Source: Cyanophora paradoxa CCMP329 (Eukaryota; Plantae; Glaucophyta). From it: a DNA stretch of 64,000 nucleotides. A program made the translations under genes and the position numbers. The notes below the pieces were generated by a model that did no database searches, had not been told where the DNA came from, and saw only the letters and a list, made by a program, of their open reading frames with translations. Below are positions 35,189-49,200 of the stretch, piece after piece; position 1 is the first letter of the stretch, and each line of letters begins with the position of its first letter. The stretch is taken from positions 1 through 64,000 of the forward strand of contig QPMI01000168.1 of assembly GCA_004431415.1 (NCBI GenBank), written 5' to 3'.

Positions 35189-36206
35189 ATCTGGGCCTAG
35201 GCTAGACCCCATGAGCGCTAGCCATGCATTTGAACAATCACTGAATCCTGAAGCTGAATTCGAAGTCCGACGGTCCGACGGTCACTGAGCCATGAACTTC
35301 GGAATCTAAAGAATATTAATATATCGATGTCTTTGTCAAATTCAAAAAGCTTAAGCCTATTCTTGATATCGATCGTGAGGCTTGAAGCTTTACATATGTC
35401 AAATTCAAAAAGCCTCGAGCTCAGATTAATCATAGAGCTTGAAGCTTGCTAGTTTATAGAGCGAATGATCCGCGGCCGATGATCGCGAATCATGAGCTAC
35501 TTTGTCGGCTGAATGAAAAAGATCGCTTGCTGATCCGAGGGAATTTTAGATCTGCAAATGAAAAGTTAAACTTGAAATGGGGATGGCGCACAGCTGCGAT
35601 ATTGCTCTACTGGCTAGTACGTATACGTATACGTGTACGTATACGAATTCAATGATTTGCAATTGAGTTTCGATGTGGCCGCCGGGAGGGCCGCGGCGGG
35701 GGCCGGGCAGGCCGCGCCGGGCTCAACATTTGAGGCCTGCCGCAGGGGCGGACTCGGAATTCCGTTGAAGTTCGAAACAGCGGCCACTGGGCCATGCTGG
35801 CCAGCGCCCACGCGCACTGCGGCAGCCCTCCGCCTCCGTCTTTTCTTCAAATATTAATGTTTCCTCGAAATATATAGCTGCACGCCCTCCTCGAGCTCGG
35901 ATGCCTGCAAAATCGCCGAGTCGAGCTCGATGTAAGTGTATACGTGCGGGCAGATCGCGAACTGCTCTTTTTGAATTTCGAAGCTTTAATTTTTTGAAAG
36001 TTTCAAGTTTAAAAATGCGAGCTGCAATTGCAGATCCAGACCAATGCAAAGCCCCGCGCGCGCAGGCCTATGCTGCGTGTGCCGCAGTGCGCGCAGGATG
36101 GTGCCACGGTGCACGTGCAGCTGGCCTGCGGCCGTGGCGGCTGGCCTCGCCGAGTCGGCCCAATGTATAGGAGCGTACAGGTTCGTACTACCGTTGCGGT
36201 TCAGGC

Positions 36207-39200
36207 TTAGCATTCGAGGCCTACAGCAGCGGCGGATCCGGACTCGAAGACGGCGGCCACCGCCCACGTGCACTCCTCCTCCATGTCCTCTTCGAATCCT
36301 TCGAAATCCATCTGCTGCAGGCCCTCCTCGAGCTCGAGTGCCTGCACAATCGAGCTCGATATAAATAAATAAATACAGAAGATAATATAACAGATGCTTT
36401 GGGGAGGGCCGGGGGCCTGCCTCTGGGCCATCCTCGCTGAAGGTAGCTGTGCTTTGGTCCAGCTGCGCCCAGGACACACTGCGCAAGACTCAGCCTAGCT
36501 AGGCCTCTGCCTCAGGCCTAGACCAAGAGCAAGAGGCGCATAACACTGAACAAGTCACTGATATATATTTGCATATTTACTTATTGGGCGTAGTATAATA
36601 AATAGCGCGGCTCACGTTTTGTTGGCGTCGGCCTCGCCAGAGCTGCTCACATTGGAGCAATTGGCTTTCGTGGAGTCGCCCCCGTACCACGTTTGCTGCA
36701 CAGCCACTGAATTGAATCCGTTGGCTTGGCATCTGCGCGGGTCGCGAATTTTAAGACATTCCATTACCGAAAACTCGATGATTATTGCCTGACGAGATCT
36801 AGACGTGGCATGTTTATTCATATGAATTCGAATTCGCTTCTCTAGATCTATGATCATGAGCGAACACGCATCTGAAAGGAGAACTCCGGAATTCGAAAGA
36901 AATATATAGCTGTCACAGTAAAGGAGCTTGCAGGCCTCGACTACATATAAAAATCGAAACTCTGAAAATGCGCTCACGCAAACCAGAAGTCTCCTCCGAC
37001 ACCATTCGTTGCGAGACCTTTCTCCCCCGTGCAGTCTGAGCCCTGCGTACCGAAAATAGCGCCAACGCCACATCAATTGGCCATGCATGGATGTGTGATG
37101 AGACGGTTGTTGTTCGCGATCGTTTCATGGACTGATACTTGAATGAGATTACAAACCTTGAAACAGACTTTGTTGTAGTCCCCTGCAGGCACTTAATGTC
37201 AGAGACTTCGGGCGACAGCTGCAGCGCATATGATTGCGAGTCGCGCGCATGCATATATGCGCACCGCTCTCAACCTGGACCCCGCCGACATCGAAGTAAG
37301 ACGGGGCGGCGTACGCTCCTTCGGATTCCTGCACAATCGAGCTCGATGTAAATAATACGTACGAGCAGATGCTTTGGGGCGGGGGCTTTGCCTGCGTGTC
37401 GCCGAGCGAGTAATCGTATCCGGTAGTCGGTTGGGCGGCATAATATTCATCCATTCTGGAACCGGCATCGGGCCGCTTCATGATCAGCCTCACTTGTGCA
37501 TACGCACGATCATCCTAGAAAAAGGAAGTCGTGGGGCTCACTCTTGGCTGGTCCAGGTCTCGCCAGTCGAGCTGACATTTTTGCATTTGACCATGGTTTT
37601 CGTGCCTTCAGCTGTCGTCTCCCATGTAGCTACGGAATGGTAACTTTTGTTGTAGCATCTGCGTGGTAATGTTGAGCGCGCTATCGCAATCGCGAATCTG
37701 CATACGGAAGGCTCAACCGGCTCCCAGTGGTTCATAGCGATTGCAATTGGGGGAAAGCGGAAGCGGGGGCGGGGCGGGGGCGGGGAGGGGGGTGGGGGGT
37801 GCGTGGAGGGTGCGGGGGGGGGGGGGGGGGGGGGGCGGATTTAGTTTTTAGATAGAGAAAGTGTGCATTGGAGACACTCACGCTTTCCAGAAGTCGTCTC
37901 CAACACCATTCGTCGCAAGCCCTTCAGTTCCCTCGCAGTCCCAACCCTGCGCAGATGCGATGAGTGTGATTTATAAGTGTGCGGTCTGATCATGAGCTCA
38001 CCTCGAAGCATGACTTGACGAGGGAGCCTGCAGTTGCAGATTAGTGAAACGAATGTACCTTTTGATCAGCCCGATTTTCGAAGCATCTATGTATTTAAAT
38101 TTATAGCTATGTTGCACAGTGTACGTTGCGCCGCGCATTGATATTGAACGAATGCCGCACGCACCCTCTTGGACCTCTACCCCTCCGACGGTGAACGGTG
38201 GGTCCCAGGGCACGCTGAGTCGCGATCGCGGCATCAGCCTCGACACTTAACCCGCTCAAGCTGATCATTAAGCAGAGACAATATTAATGGAGATGCTCAC
38301 GTCATTCGAAGGTCTTGTTCAATCGCTTGGGATCCGGATCCAATAACCTGGGCGCAATTGGCTTTGGTGCCGTCGGTTTTCTGTTGAGTGGCCAAGTGCA
38401 AGTATCCATTGGCGTGACATCTATACGGTCACATGTCACAGTCAGTTCCAAGTCGGCAATCGATATCCAGAGCAATCGTGCAGGCGGCAGCTGGATCTAA
38501 AGCGCCCTCAATTAATTACACACAGGTCAAAGCGGCAAATTATGTAATATGTAATACCGCCACCACCGTCTTCGATTAAAACAAAATGCTCCAATTTAAG
38601 CGGCCAAATGAAATTTCAGCGGCCCGGATTCAACTGGCAATCTGCACAGATTCGGAGTCGCTCACGCTTTAAAGAAGTCCGGTCCGACGCCACTCGTCTC
38701 CAGAGCCTTCTCTCCGGTGCAGTAGAACCCCTGCATCACAGCTTAATTATAAGGTATTAAACGTTGCAATTACCCCTTCTCTAGATCTTTCAAAGTGTAC
38801 GCATGTATACGTATTCGCATACAAGCTTAAGCTTGAGTTAGGGAGGAAAACCACATCAAAGCAGCTTCGGGGATCCTGACATACCGAGAAGCAGGCCTTC
38901 GTGTCGTAACCTTATAGTACAGGTCGAACTTAATTCAAGAGAATAAACATGTACGACGCGTCGAGCGCACCTCTCTCGATCTCTACCCCACCAACTTCGA
39001 AATACCAGGGTACGCTGCGATGATTGCTTAGGATATGTAATCGCAACCTCAGGTTCATCCAAACGCGATTGCAATTAAAACACGGTTCGCAAGTCACCGA
39101 GTGTATGCGATGTTCTTTGTTAAGTGGCTATCTCCAAGCTCGATCGCGAGGTGCGGACATAAAAGCAACCTCTCTGCTCAGGCTTTTGATTAAAGCAGTT

Positions 39201-42050
39201 TGCTGGCGGTCGAATTACATATATATGTCTCTTGTTGGGTATTTATAAAATTTGATTATCTCCGCGCCATGAGAAATATAATAGACATCACGCACGTTTT
39301 GTTGATGTCGACAATGCCGGAGCTGTTCACGGTAAAGCATTTTGCATTCGAGTAATCGCCGGTTCCCGACGACTGCAGAATAGCCATGGAAGGGTACTTG
39401 GCGTTGTTGCATCTGCACGTGCGGCCCAAAGCCGGAACTCGAGTCAGGTGCAGTAGAAAACCTCGACTCCGAAGCAGGTGCAGAAGCTTGAATCTAGAAA
39501 AGATCTAGACAGCCATGCAGGCCGCAAATGTTTGGAGCCTGGGTCACTCACGCTTTCCAGAAATTGTCTCCAACGAACTCTGTGGCGAAAACCTTTTTTC
39601 CAGTGCATTCAGGCCCCTGCGCGCGGGTGCGAATTAGCTTGGGTATGGACGTACAAATTCAAGCCCACGAGGAGAGGCGAATGCGGCCCGGAGAAGTTTC
39701 ATTTACCGTAAAGCATGCCATGGTGTCGTTTCCTGCATTCCAAAAGTTAGCCCCAGTATCGAGCCACGCACGCACGCGTGTAAGATAATTTGGAAGGCGG
39801 CGTGACGTCTACACGCACCCCTGTCGACCTCGATAACGCCGCGGGTGGGATCGTTAAACATTGGGTATCTCCATTGCATGCTGCGCAGATCCCAGCCTCA
39901 TGGTCAGCCTTGACGACACACGCTTAAGAGCTCTACTTTCCGAAGTTCGCATGCATCATGGCATGTTCAATTTTTGCAACGGCTCACGTTCTGTTAGCGT
40001 CGACGTCGACCACGCCGGCGCCGTCGGCGGCCGAACTAATATTGTAGCAAATGGCCTCGTCGCTGTATCCCCCGCTCCACGGCTTCCGCATAGCCACGGA
40101 CGAGTAACCAGAAGCTCGGCATCTGCGCGGCCCAGATCGCGAGCGTCATGTACAAATGCATGCCGAGCCCCCTGGGAATATTGATCCTGCAGATCTAGAT
40201 CTATAAGAAAGCATCAATGGCATGTAGCCTGTACAATAGCCCGAAAGGCCAACAGATCTAGAGCATGCGATACTATCGATTCATATGCGAGATGCAGACC
40301 GAGTTACTAATTATAAATTACGGGATCTAGTTCTGTGATCTAAGAAATTCAAAAGTTCTAGCGGCAACAGCGCCGCAGCTGCACTGCGCGGCATGTTCGA
40401 ATTCGCGGCCATTAAATGTATACTAGTAGAGCCGCAGCTGCAGCTGCAGCTGCAGGTTCACGGTTATGTGCATATATGCATGATGATTACTCACGCTTTC
40501 GAGAAATCACTGCCCACGCCTTCAGTTTCAAGTTCCTTGCTTCCAGTGCAGTTCGGCCCCTGCGAATGCGCGGGGAATATTAATTGCCCGCTTTGAAGAT
40601 CCGCTAGCAAGGAGGCCGGTCGGAAAGGCCGAAACTATTTATATTATATATAGAAGTCGACGAAGATAGATTATATAAAGAAGTCACCTTGAAGCAGGCC
40701 TTCATTGCGATGCCTGCGTACGAAAATTCGCTCCAACATAAGTCCTTCTGTTCTGGAGAGGCTAGGGCTTGGGCAGCGATCGCGCGATCCGAAATTCAGT
40801 CGATATCGATTCTAGTTTTTGACGCGCACCCCTCTCGATCTTGACCCCGCCAAGAATGGAATCCCAGAGGACTCTGCGCCGCGATCAGCTACTCCTCTTG
40901 ACCCCAGCCTCACGGTCAGGCTCAGGTGATTGAGCGGGCTATTTAGCTATGAATGCGTATGTGAGGCGAAAGTGCGCGGCTCACTCTCTTTGACTTTCGA
41001 CTCGCCCAGATCCGTTGACGATGTCGGAACGGACCTCTCCAGAGCCGTTGACATTGAAGCAACGGCCTTTCGGCCCATGTAATTGCAAAGCCAAGCTTTT
41101 GTGACCATTGCCCCAGCATCTGTCGACCCAAGTGAGTGATGATCGACGTCAGTTGCGGCAAATAAATAGCATCTCGAATACTAATTTTAGCACGAGCAAG
41201 CAATTGCATGTCCCAGGACCCAGGCTATTACGTATACACAACGTTAACGCCCAGACTGTTACATTCGGCTCAATGTCACTCACGCCTTCCAGAAGTCATC
41301 GCCGACTTCGCTGGTCTCAAGAACTTTGTCTCCAGTACAGTCCGGTCCCTGCGCACACGTGCGCCGAAGCGTCAGCTGCAGGTAACTCGGAATCGAATGT
41401 GGACCCCAGCCCCAATCATTTAGAAATCGTAATTATAATTCCGCAAGTCTAAACTTTGACATTAGACCGCTGCGGAATCGCAGGTGTCACAGTGTGCAGG
41501 CACGTATGCGTATACTGCACTACGGGACTTTGAAGCTACGTATTCTGAATTCGAAGGTCGAACAACTAATACGTAAACTGAGAAACTCGAGATACCGTGA
41601 AGCACGCCTTGGAAGAGGAGCCTGCCGGCGCCGATCGCGCAGATCAGCGATATGTATGCATATGCACGTCCGTTTTGAGACCGGCGCCTATATATATAGC
41701 GCTAGCTGGCTGTAGGGCGCCAGCACTTGCAGTACAAAGCTTAAATACTAGTTGCACTGCGGCATGCGCAGCGATCCGATGATGGCGTGTATATGATCAC
41801 GCGTACGTATATTGCGCGGCACACGTGCATGCGCACGCACCCTTCAACACGGTAACTCCGCCGACCACCTTGGTTGCCGGTTTCGATGGCTTCGGGCCCA
41901 TTCCGTATCTGAAGCGCCCCGGCCCGAAGTTTAAACCTTGTACAATTATATCGGCGACATCGACGGGACCGGCCGGGCCGGCGGTAGCTAAAGGCTGCGG
42001 CTCCGGCGGTAGCTTTAGCTAACGTCAGGCACAGCAGCTATAGAAAAGCG
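36207..42050 (-). CDS. Multi-exon protein (or tandem gene array) with six copies of an unrecognised Cys-containing module; likely extracellular
   Basis: A conserved 65-nt exon GxxCxGxxxLxTxxVGxDFWKA flanked by CAG/GTGAG at ~36976, 37882, 38666, 39552, 40495 and 41284. Each comes with GGVxxxxG, xCF(K/T/E) and Cx..S.A...Cx.V exons. Confidence 0.8.
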
Positions 42051-43211
42051 CACCGCCGAACTCGAAATGCGCGCGTACGATTGCGACCTGCACGTCGACA
42101 GTCGACGTCTAAACTTTGAAACTTCCTGCTGCCCGGGCGGCCGCAGCCTTGCAGTGCCGACACTGCCGACTCGGCGAGACACTGACAGCCGCTGACTCAG
42201 TGACTCAGTGAGCGGCTGGCCATGGACCTCACTGCTCACTGTCAGACTCTCAGAGTCTGAGAGTCACTGAGTCATGCATATATGATCACTGACTCGGTGA
42301 GTCAGTGCTCCCACTGCTCCGAGGGTCACTGACTCACTGATTCAGTGCCACGGTGAGTGCCACGGTGCATCCTCATGATCACGTCACGGCGTGCACTGCC
42401 ACTGCGGCACCGTGCATCACGGTGCATGGCCCGGGGCCGTGGGCCGTGGCCCGTAGACTGGCACTGGCCCGTGGGCCGCGCACGTGGCGAGCTCGACTCC
42501 GCTGCTCGAGGCCTCTACCGGTATACACCGTAGTACGGTAGTACGTAGGGCCCGGGCCCCGGGCCGCCCGGCCGACCGGCTCGAGCCGCCGGGCCGGACT
42601 CCCGGGAGGGGCCCGCCCGGAGGGCCGGGCCCGGGAGTCGGGCCGGGACCGTCGGACTGCTCAGGATCCGGAGTCAGGACTCAGGAGTCAGGACTCAGGA
42701 GTTACTGAGTTACTAGTAGGACAACTTAGGAGTCTTAACTTAGGACTCTTAGGAGTCTTCTTTTGAACTTAGGAGAAGTTAGGACTGCGCATATGCTCAG
42801 TGCCGCAGTGCTGTCCACGCGAGCTAGCGAGCAAGCCGGTCGCGAGCAAGCCGGCTCGACGGGAGCGGCGCGGCGCGGACGGCTAGCGCTTGAGCCGCGT
42901 GGGCCACTGGGCCCGGGGGTTTTGTTATAATTAGGGGCGAGCCGCGGCCGGCTTCAATGCTGGCTCAGCGGCTAGTAGCGCCGGCTAGCTATTTAATATA
43001 GCTTTATAGAATTCCATTCGAATTTCGAACTCAATATTGTACAAGGCAATTTCCCCGGGACCCTGAGTCGGTCACACGTCGCTGAGTCAGTGCGCATGCG
43101 CATGCCGGCATGCGCAGTGCCCGGCACACTTAAGCTTCGAGCCGCGAGTCCCGCGACTCCCGGGTCCCCCGGGTCCTGGAGTCCGACGGTCAGGGAGTCA
43201 TGATCAGGGGC

Positions 43212-46200
43212 TAGGGTTGCCGCTTCACGTGAAGTTTCACAAGCCCGGGGTGAAACTGAAACTACCGTGAAACTTCACACGTTTCACGTGAAGTTCCACT
43301 ATTTTTGCATGTTTCACTACACACGCTTGCGAGATTTGCCCTCCAAACGACTCAAAAGCGTGCGTAGAAGCCTCCTGGACTGTTGTAGATGTTTTGTAAA
43401 TGTGAGCTCTGCTAAGATATGCGCATGCGAGATTTGGAGGGAGAAGTACTGCTGCCATTTGGGGGTACACCCACATGTGGCCATGGGCCAACCAAGTGCG
43501 AGAGTGATTTTTTATTCAATGAATTCGCACACACCGAGACAATACGGCTAATGATAGAACTGAGGTGTCCGTAAAGTGTCAAGTCGAAAGATGAGCCTAC
43601 TGGTTACGCCGGGTAGGGAACCTAACAGCCATCGGACAGGGTGGAGCTAGTCAAGGAGACGTAAACTAAAGCAAAGCTAACCCAGAGCAGAGAGCTACTA
43701 CCTATACATCTAGCCTAGCTTAGGACTAGGCTACAGAGAGGACTACCCAGGGGTCTACGAGTGCTGCCTGCTAGTGCTGCCTGCCTAGGGACCGTCGGGA
43801 CGTCCGGAGCTCGCGGGCTGTTCTACTGTACGGTAGGAAAGCCAGGACGGACCCGCGGTCTAATCTGCCTACTCTCGACGCGGCCGCGACTACAGTTAGC
43901 GCGGCGGGCTCCGCGTCGAGGGGGCCGCTCGCCCGAAGCGCGGGTGGAAGCACGTCGGCGTAGAGGGGCCGAGGGGAATGAGGCGAGGGGGGACGTTGCG
44001 GGGAAGAAGTGGGGCGGGACGGAGAAGGTCGGCGCCGGCCGTGGCGGGGAGGGGAGGGTCGGATTTCTCGGTCAGCAGGGCTTCCAGCCTCGAACCAGCC
44101 GCCGCACCCCCGCCGCGGGCAATTGCGAGCCCCCCTCCGCGGCGGTCCTTCAACCCACGGTCCTGGCACGATGGCCGGGGTATCTGGTGGGTGCAACGAC
44201 CAGCCGAAGCCTTCCGCCAAGCCTTCCGGTCCATCGTTCCCTCCCTGTCGAGGCGCGAGGAGCGTTGGCGAGGTCGTGAGTGGGAGGCAGGGCCAAGAGA
44301 GCGAGCGAGAGGCAGGGCCTTTCGCGCGACTCGGGGTACCGTTTAGAGCGGGCTAGGATGTGGCTCCCAAGGGCGTACCTTGACGCAATCGTAGAGCTCT
44401 TGGGCGCGGAGCGCCGCCTTCCAGCCCGCGTACTCCGGTGGGCAGTCTGCGTTCCGAGCGGCGTTGAGTAGATTGTGAAGGCGAATCGGCCCGTCGCAGG
44501 CGGCGCAGACTTCCTTACAGGTCCGGGGGCCGCGGGCCCGCTCTCGGGCGCGGGCGCCCGTGCGGGGCGGGCGCGGTCGCTTCTTTGAGGCCTGGGAGAC
44601 GCGGCAGTCGCGTTCCCACTCCGCGTTGATTTCGCAGCGACGTGACCAGAGGCGTCGGGCCCGCTCCAGAAGCGTCTGCCGAACGCGTTTAGCTGCGCGT
44701 GCCGCGTACAGGGGTGCAAGGTTCAGGCAGCGTGCGAGGGCGCTTTCTAGACTCTGCGGAGCAAGGCCCTGGAGCACCCAGAGGCGCGGGTACGCGTACG
44801 GCCTACCATCGTAGCTGCGCGCCTCGGCGTCGTCGTCCGCGACGCGGAGGAAGATTGGGACCAGGTCGGGGGCAAGGAGGGCTCCTGCTGGCGGCGCTGT
44901 GAGTCCGTGGGCCTCTCTGTATGCGCAGAGCAGAAGTCGGTTCAGTTCGCGAGCAGTCTCCGCGCGGTGCGCGACCGCATGCGGACCCGGGCACAGGAAG
45001 ACGTGCGGGAAAGTTTCAGTCGGGCCTGCGGTAAGAGCCGTCGGTGCCCGGTTCGGGCGGCTGGGGCCCGCTGCTGGTTGGGCATGCGAGGCCTCTGGTG
45101 CAGTCTGGCTGTTCTGTGAGGCTGTCGGGCCGCTAGTCTCTGCACGAGGGAAAGGCGTTCTGGTGGCGCAGCCCGCACAGCGTCCCCAGGGTTGCAGGCG
45201 GCGTAGAGTTCCTTCTGGTCACGTACCCGGACTTCGTTCGCTGGTAGCGAGCTACAGAGCAGCTGCGTCCGAAACTTGAATAGCGCGTTGCGGGCTCCAT
45301 TGGCGCCTTGGAATCGGGAGCCTACGCTCGTTTCCGCATATAGCCCTGCTATGTCTGCGCCGTCGGCGCCTCGGCGCAGGAGCGCGCCAGCCAGCGGTTG
45401 TTGGGTCCAGGCAAAGTGCGTCTGGTGCTCGTGAAGTGCGTCCATGTGTGCCTTGGGGTCCCTTCCACCCGTCGTGTGCGCCCGTCGGGGTCGCTGATGG
45501 TGAGCACCGCAGGCATGCTGAAGGCCGGCGGCAGAAAGAGAGGTTCATGCCGGTTTTCGTCCGCCAGATCCAGGTCGGCCGCCACGTTCGCTCCGGCGTC
45601 CGCGATGTCGTTGTGGGGGTCGCGGGCGTCGCCCTTCGCGTGCGCTTTGACTTTGACGAGTTTGAGCGGCCGCCGCGCTCCTCTAGCATTGTCCTGAGCT
45701 TGCTCCATGCGTACAGTTCCGCGGAGCAGGCGTGCCGGATGTATTCCCGCGGGCTGCGGCAGCTCGCGTGCTGGACGAAATCGGAATACCAGCGGATCGC
45801 GTTCATGTTGTCGACGTGTAGAACCGCTCCGAAAGGCGAGAGCAGGTCAGCCATGAGCACCGCCTGGAGTTCCGCCTTGTTGATCTCCTGCAGGCCCGGA
45901 GCCGGGCAAAGAAGTCCGTGAGGATACCCGGCGGGTGCAGGCTTGCGCCAGTTCTGAGGTCCGTTTCCGGCCAGTGTACTGCGTAGCCCGCGCGAGCGTT
46001 AACCGTCTGGCCCTCTTTCAGGCTCCCGTCCGTCCAGGCGTACGCTGGGGCGTCGGCCACGTATGAGCCGCCGGACGCCGCCTCGGCCTCCAGGTGCTCT
46101 TTGCGGTAGCGGGCTTCGAGGCCCTTCCAGGTCTCCAGGTATGCAACCCAACTGTACGGATCGGCCTGATAGTAATATAGCTCGCGCGCCTCCTTGTTGG

Positions 46201-49200
46201 AGCTGACCGGGGGCGCTTCATCTTGCGGCAGGGGGGCAAGTCGGGCGGGTTCGCCTCGAGCGTGGCGAGGTGAGCGGCGTCGGGCTCGGAGAGGAGGTGC
46301 CAGTTGACCCTCTCATCGCCCTCCTGCTTTGCCTGCAGCAGCATCCGCCATCGGTGCGCAGTGATGGTCGCGGCCGCCTGCCTGAAGGGCTTGAAGTATT
46401 CAAGACGGGCTTGGCGCAGGACCTGGCGACTGGCGCGCCCCGAGCGCGTCTGTACCTGCCCCTCGCATTCTTCCACGGGGGCGCCCGACACTTCTACTAG
46501 CTCCACCGTGCCGGGGATCGTGCAGAGTGCGGACGCGTGCTCTACCCATCCTCCCACCGCCGTCCCGTACTTGCCCTCGTCATCGCAGGTGCTCGTCGCC
46601 CGGCAGGCCGCGCCGGCGCCTTGAGGGCAGACGTGGTTGTCGTGCCAGTGGCGGCGGCCCTCTCCCGGTACGATATTAAAGCGGCGCGCAGCTGGGGCGG
46701 GCGGCCCTTCGCGGGTCCGAGCTGACAGTGGCCATCGCAGCGGCAGTAGGCTCCGTTGGCCTCGTCGTCGGCCTCTTCTGGGACGGGGACCCAGTGCTCC
46801 AGCCGGCACTCCGTCGCTACTAGGCTGCCGGCCTCGGCCTCAGCGGAGCGGACCCGGCCGATTTCCGGTACCGCATCCGTCTCGTGAATCGTTGCGAGGT
46901 CGTAGTAGCAGACGAAGTCTCCCGGTTGGTGAATTAACTTCCTTGCCCGCCCGGAAGCTGTACCATGGCCGAGGAAGGGGTACAGGGCGGTTGCCGCATG
47001 GGTATCGGAGGGCGCCCGAACCGCGCCCGTCGATCGTGAGGGCCTTGGCCACCGCCTTCCACCAGGCGGGCGCTGCCCAAGGGAGCGTGCCGCGGGGGCG
47101 CGGAGGTGCAGGTCTCGCCAGGTGCAGAGGCGTTCCCATCGCGCGCCGTGACGTCGGACATCCAGTAGAGCCGTGCGCGGTGGAGGGCGGGCGCAGCCGT
47201 GCTGAACACTTCCCGGGGAATGTGTGAGGTAAGCACGAATTCCCGGCGCAGTTCCGCGGGTCGGGCCAAGTGGCTGCGGGGGGTACGGCGTGAACAAGAA
47301 GCGGGCGTGGTTGGACTGGATCCGGTAGAGCCGGCGCTGCAGGAGCGGCATCACTGCGGCGATCGCATTCGATCGAGCAAGCTGGCGTGACACTGGGGCG
47401 TTCAGGAACTCGGTCGGCAGCAGCGGGACGCCTAGCTTGCGCTGGAGGTCCCGGATGCGGTGCATCATCACCTGAGATAGCAGCTCTTCCGGCTCGCCAC
47501 AGAGGCGGACGAGCAGATCCGTGATTTGGTTCTTGGCCATCATGTGCGCTGTGCGCGGCAGGCTGTACGTGCCGTGGCTCCAGAGCGCGTAGTTGGAAGT
47601 CGATGCCGCCAGGCCCCATGGTGCTTAACCACGCGCATCCAGATGGCATCTAGGCGATCGCACTGCCTCTCTGTGAGCGGCGTCACTTTGAGCCCGTAGG
47701 CGATCCGCGCCTGCACGACGGCCTCGACAACGTAGCAGGCCTCTTGCGCGGTCAGCTGCTTACGAGCTATGACCGCCACCGTCTCGCGAGCCTGCGTTTC
47801 CATCTGTCTGATCTGCTCCTTCCACGACAGGTTCGCGGTCAGGTAGACGCCGAGCAGCTTGAAATGCTCGCCCGGTTTCAGCTTCTTGCCGACCGGGACG
47901 CGGGATTGCCGAGCAGCGGGGGTTCAGGCTCGGGTGAGACGTTGTTGTACGCAAACTCTGTTTTCCGCGCGTTGACGGCGATGTCGTGCAGGCGGAAGAA
48001 TTCAGACGCCACGTCCGCGAGCATCTGGATCCCTTCGGCCGATCCGCTCATCCACTGCGTGTCGTCCGCGTAGGCGCTCCCGGTCACCCGTGCGGGGGCG
48101 AAGTCCGCGTCGTCTTCGCCCATGCCCATGACGTACGCGACCCCCGCGCCCCCTTTTCCTGCTCGAGCCTGTCCAATTCTTGTTGAGCGCAGAGCAAGGC
48201 ATCGTAGAAGATGAGCCAGTGGAGCGGGGATTCGATGCCGCCCTGCGGGAGCCCACATTCGAGTTCAAACACGTCTGACAGTCCGTGGCCCGTGATAGCT
48301 CGCGCCCGGCGTCGTTCGAATATGTTGCGGTGCAGGTCGATGTACGTCTCGGGGCCCCGATGCGTCGGAGGGAGAGCTCCATGCTGGCCCAGGAAACTGA
48401 ATCGTACGCCCGTCTGATATCCTGTAGCAAGAGGTAGATGGGCTTGCGGTGCTCCTTAGCGTCCTCTAGAATAGCGACCATTAGGTGAAGGGCATCATCG
48501 GTCGCCTTAGCCTTCCTGAAGCCATAATTTACCCCCTTAAGGATTCCGTGCTTCTCGATGGCCTCGGCTAGCCGTTTCGTGACGAGGCCCGTCGTTAGCT
48601 TGAGGCCAACTTCCTGCAGCGTGATCGGGCGGAGGTTCCCTTCAATGTCTCCGTCCCAGCTCCCGTTCTTGGGGATCCCGAAGATATTGCTCTCACACAT
48701 CTCGGCGGGCAGGTCGCGCAGGCGGAGGGCCTCGCAGACGATGGCCATCAGGAGCCGACGACCGCGGGGGGGGTACGCCTCTGGATCCATGGCGTCCGGC
48801 AGGTCGGGGTTCCAGAGCGTCTTCAGGATCGCGTTCGTGCAGTTGGAGGGCCCTCCCGCTCCATCCGTGAGCGAGCGCACGTGTGCCCTAGCTCTTCGTA
48901 CGTAGGCTCAGCCATGACTCCCGCGAAGGCTTCCGCGGTCGCCACGTGCGTCCCGAGGGGCGGTAGAGCGCGCGCCAGAAGTCGGGGGCAGGAAGGCTAG
49001 CTGGGAGTCGGGTATTAAGTCCGCTGTGCACCCTACCAGGGGTTTCTCTTCGCACACCACTGACGCCAGTGCTCCGCCATCACTGCCTTCACCTCCTCGG
49101 GGCCGTGTAAATTTCATAGAAGTTGCCTTCGCGCGCGAGGCGGGTGACGTGCATGATCGGCTCCCCCTGGACCGCTCCAGAATGGAGTCTAGATAGCTGC

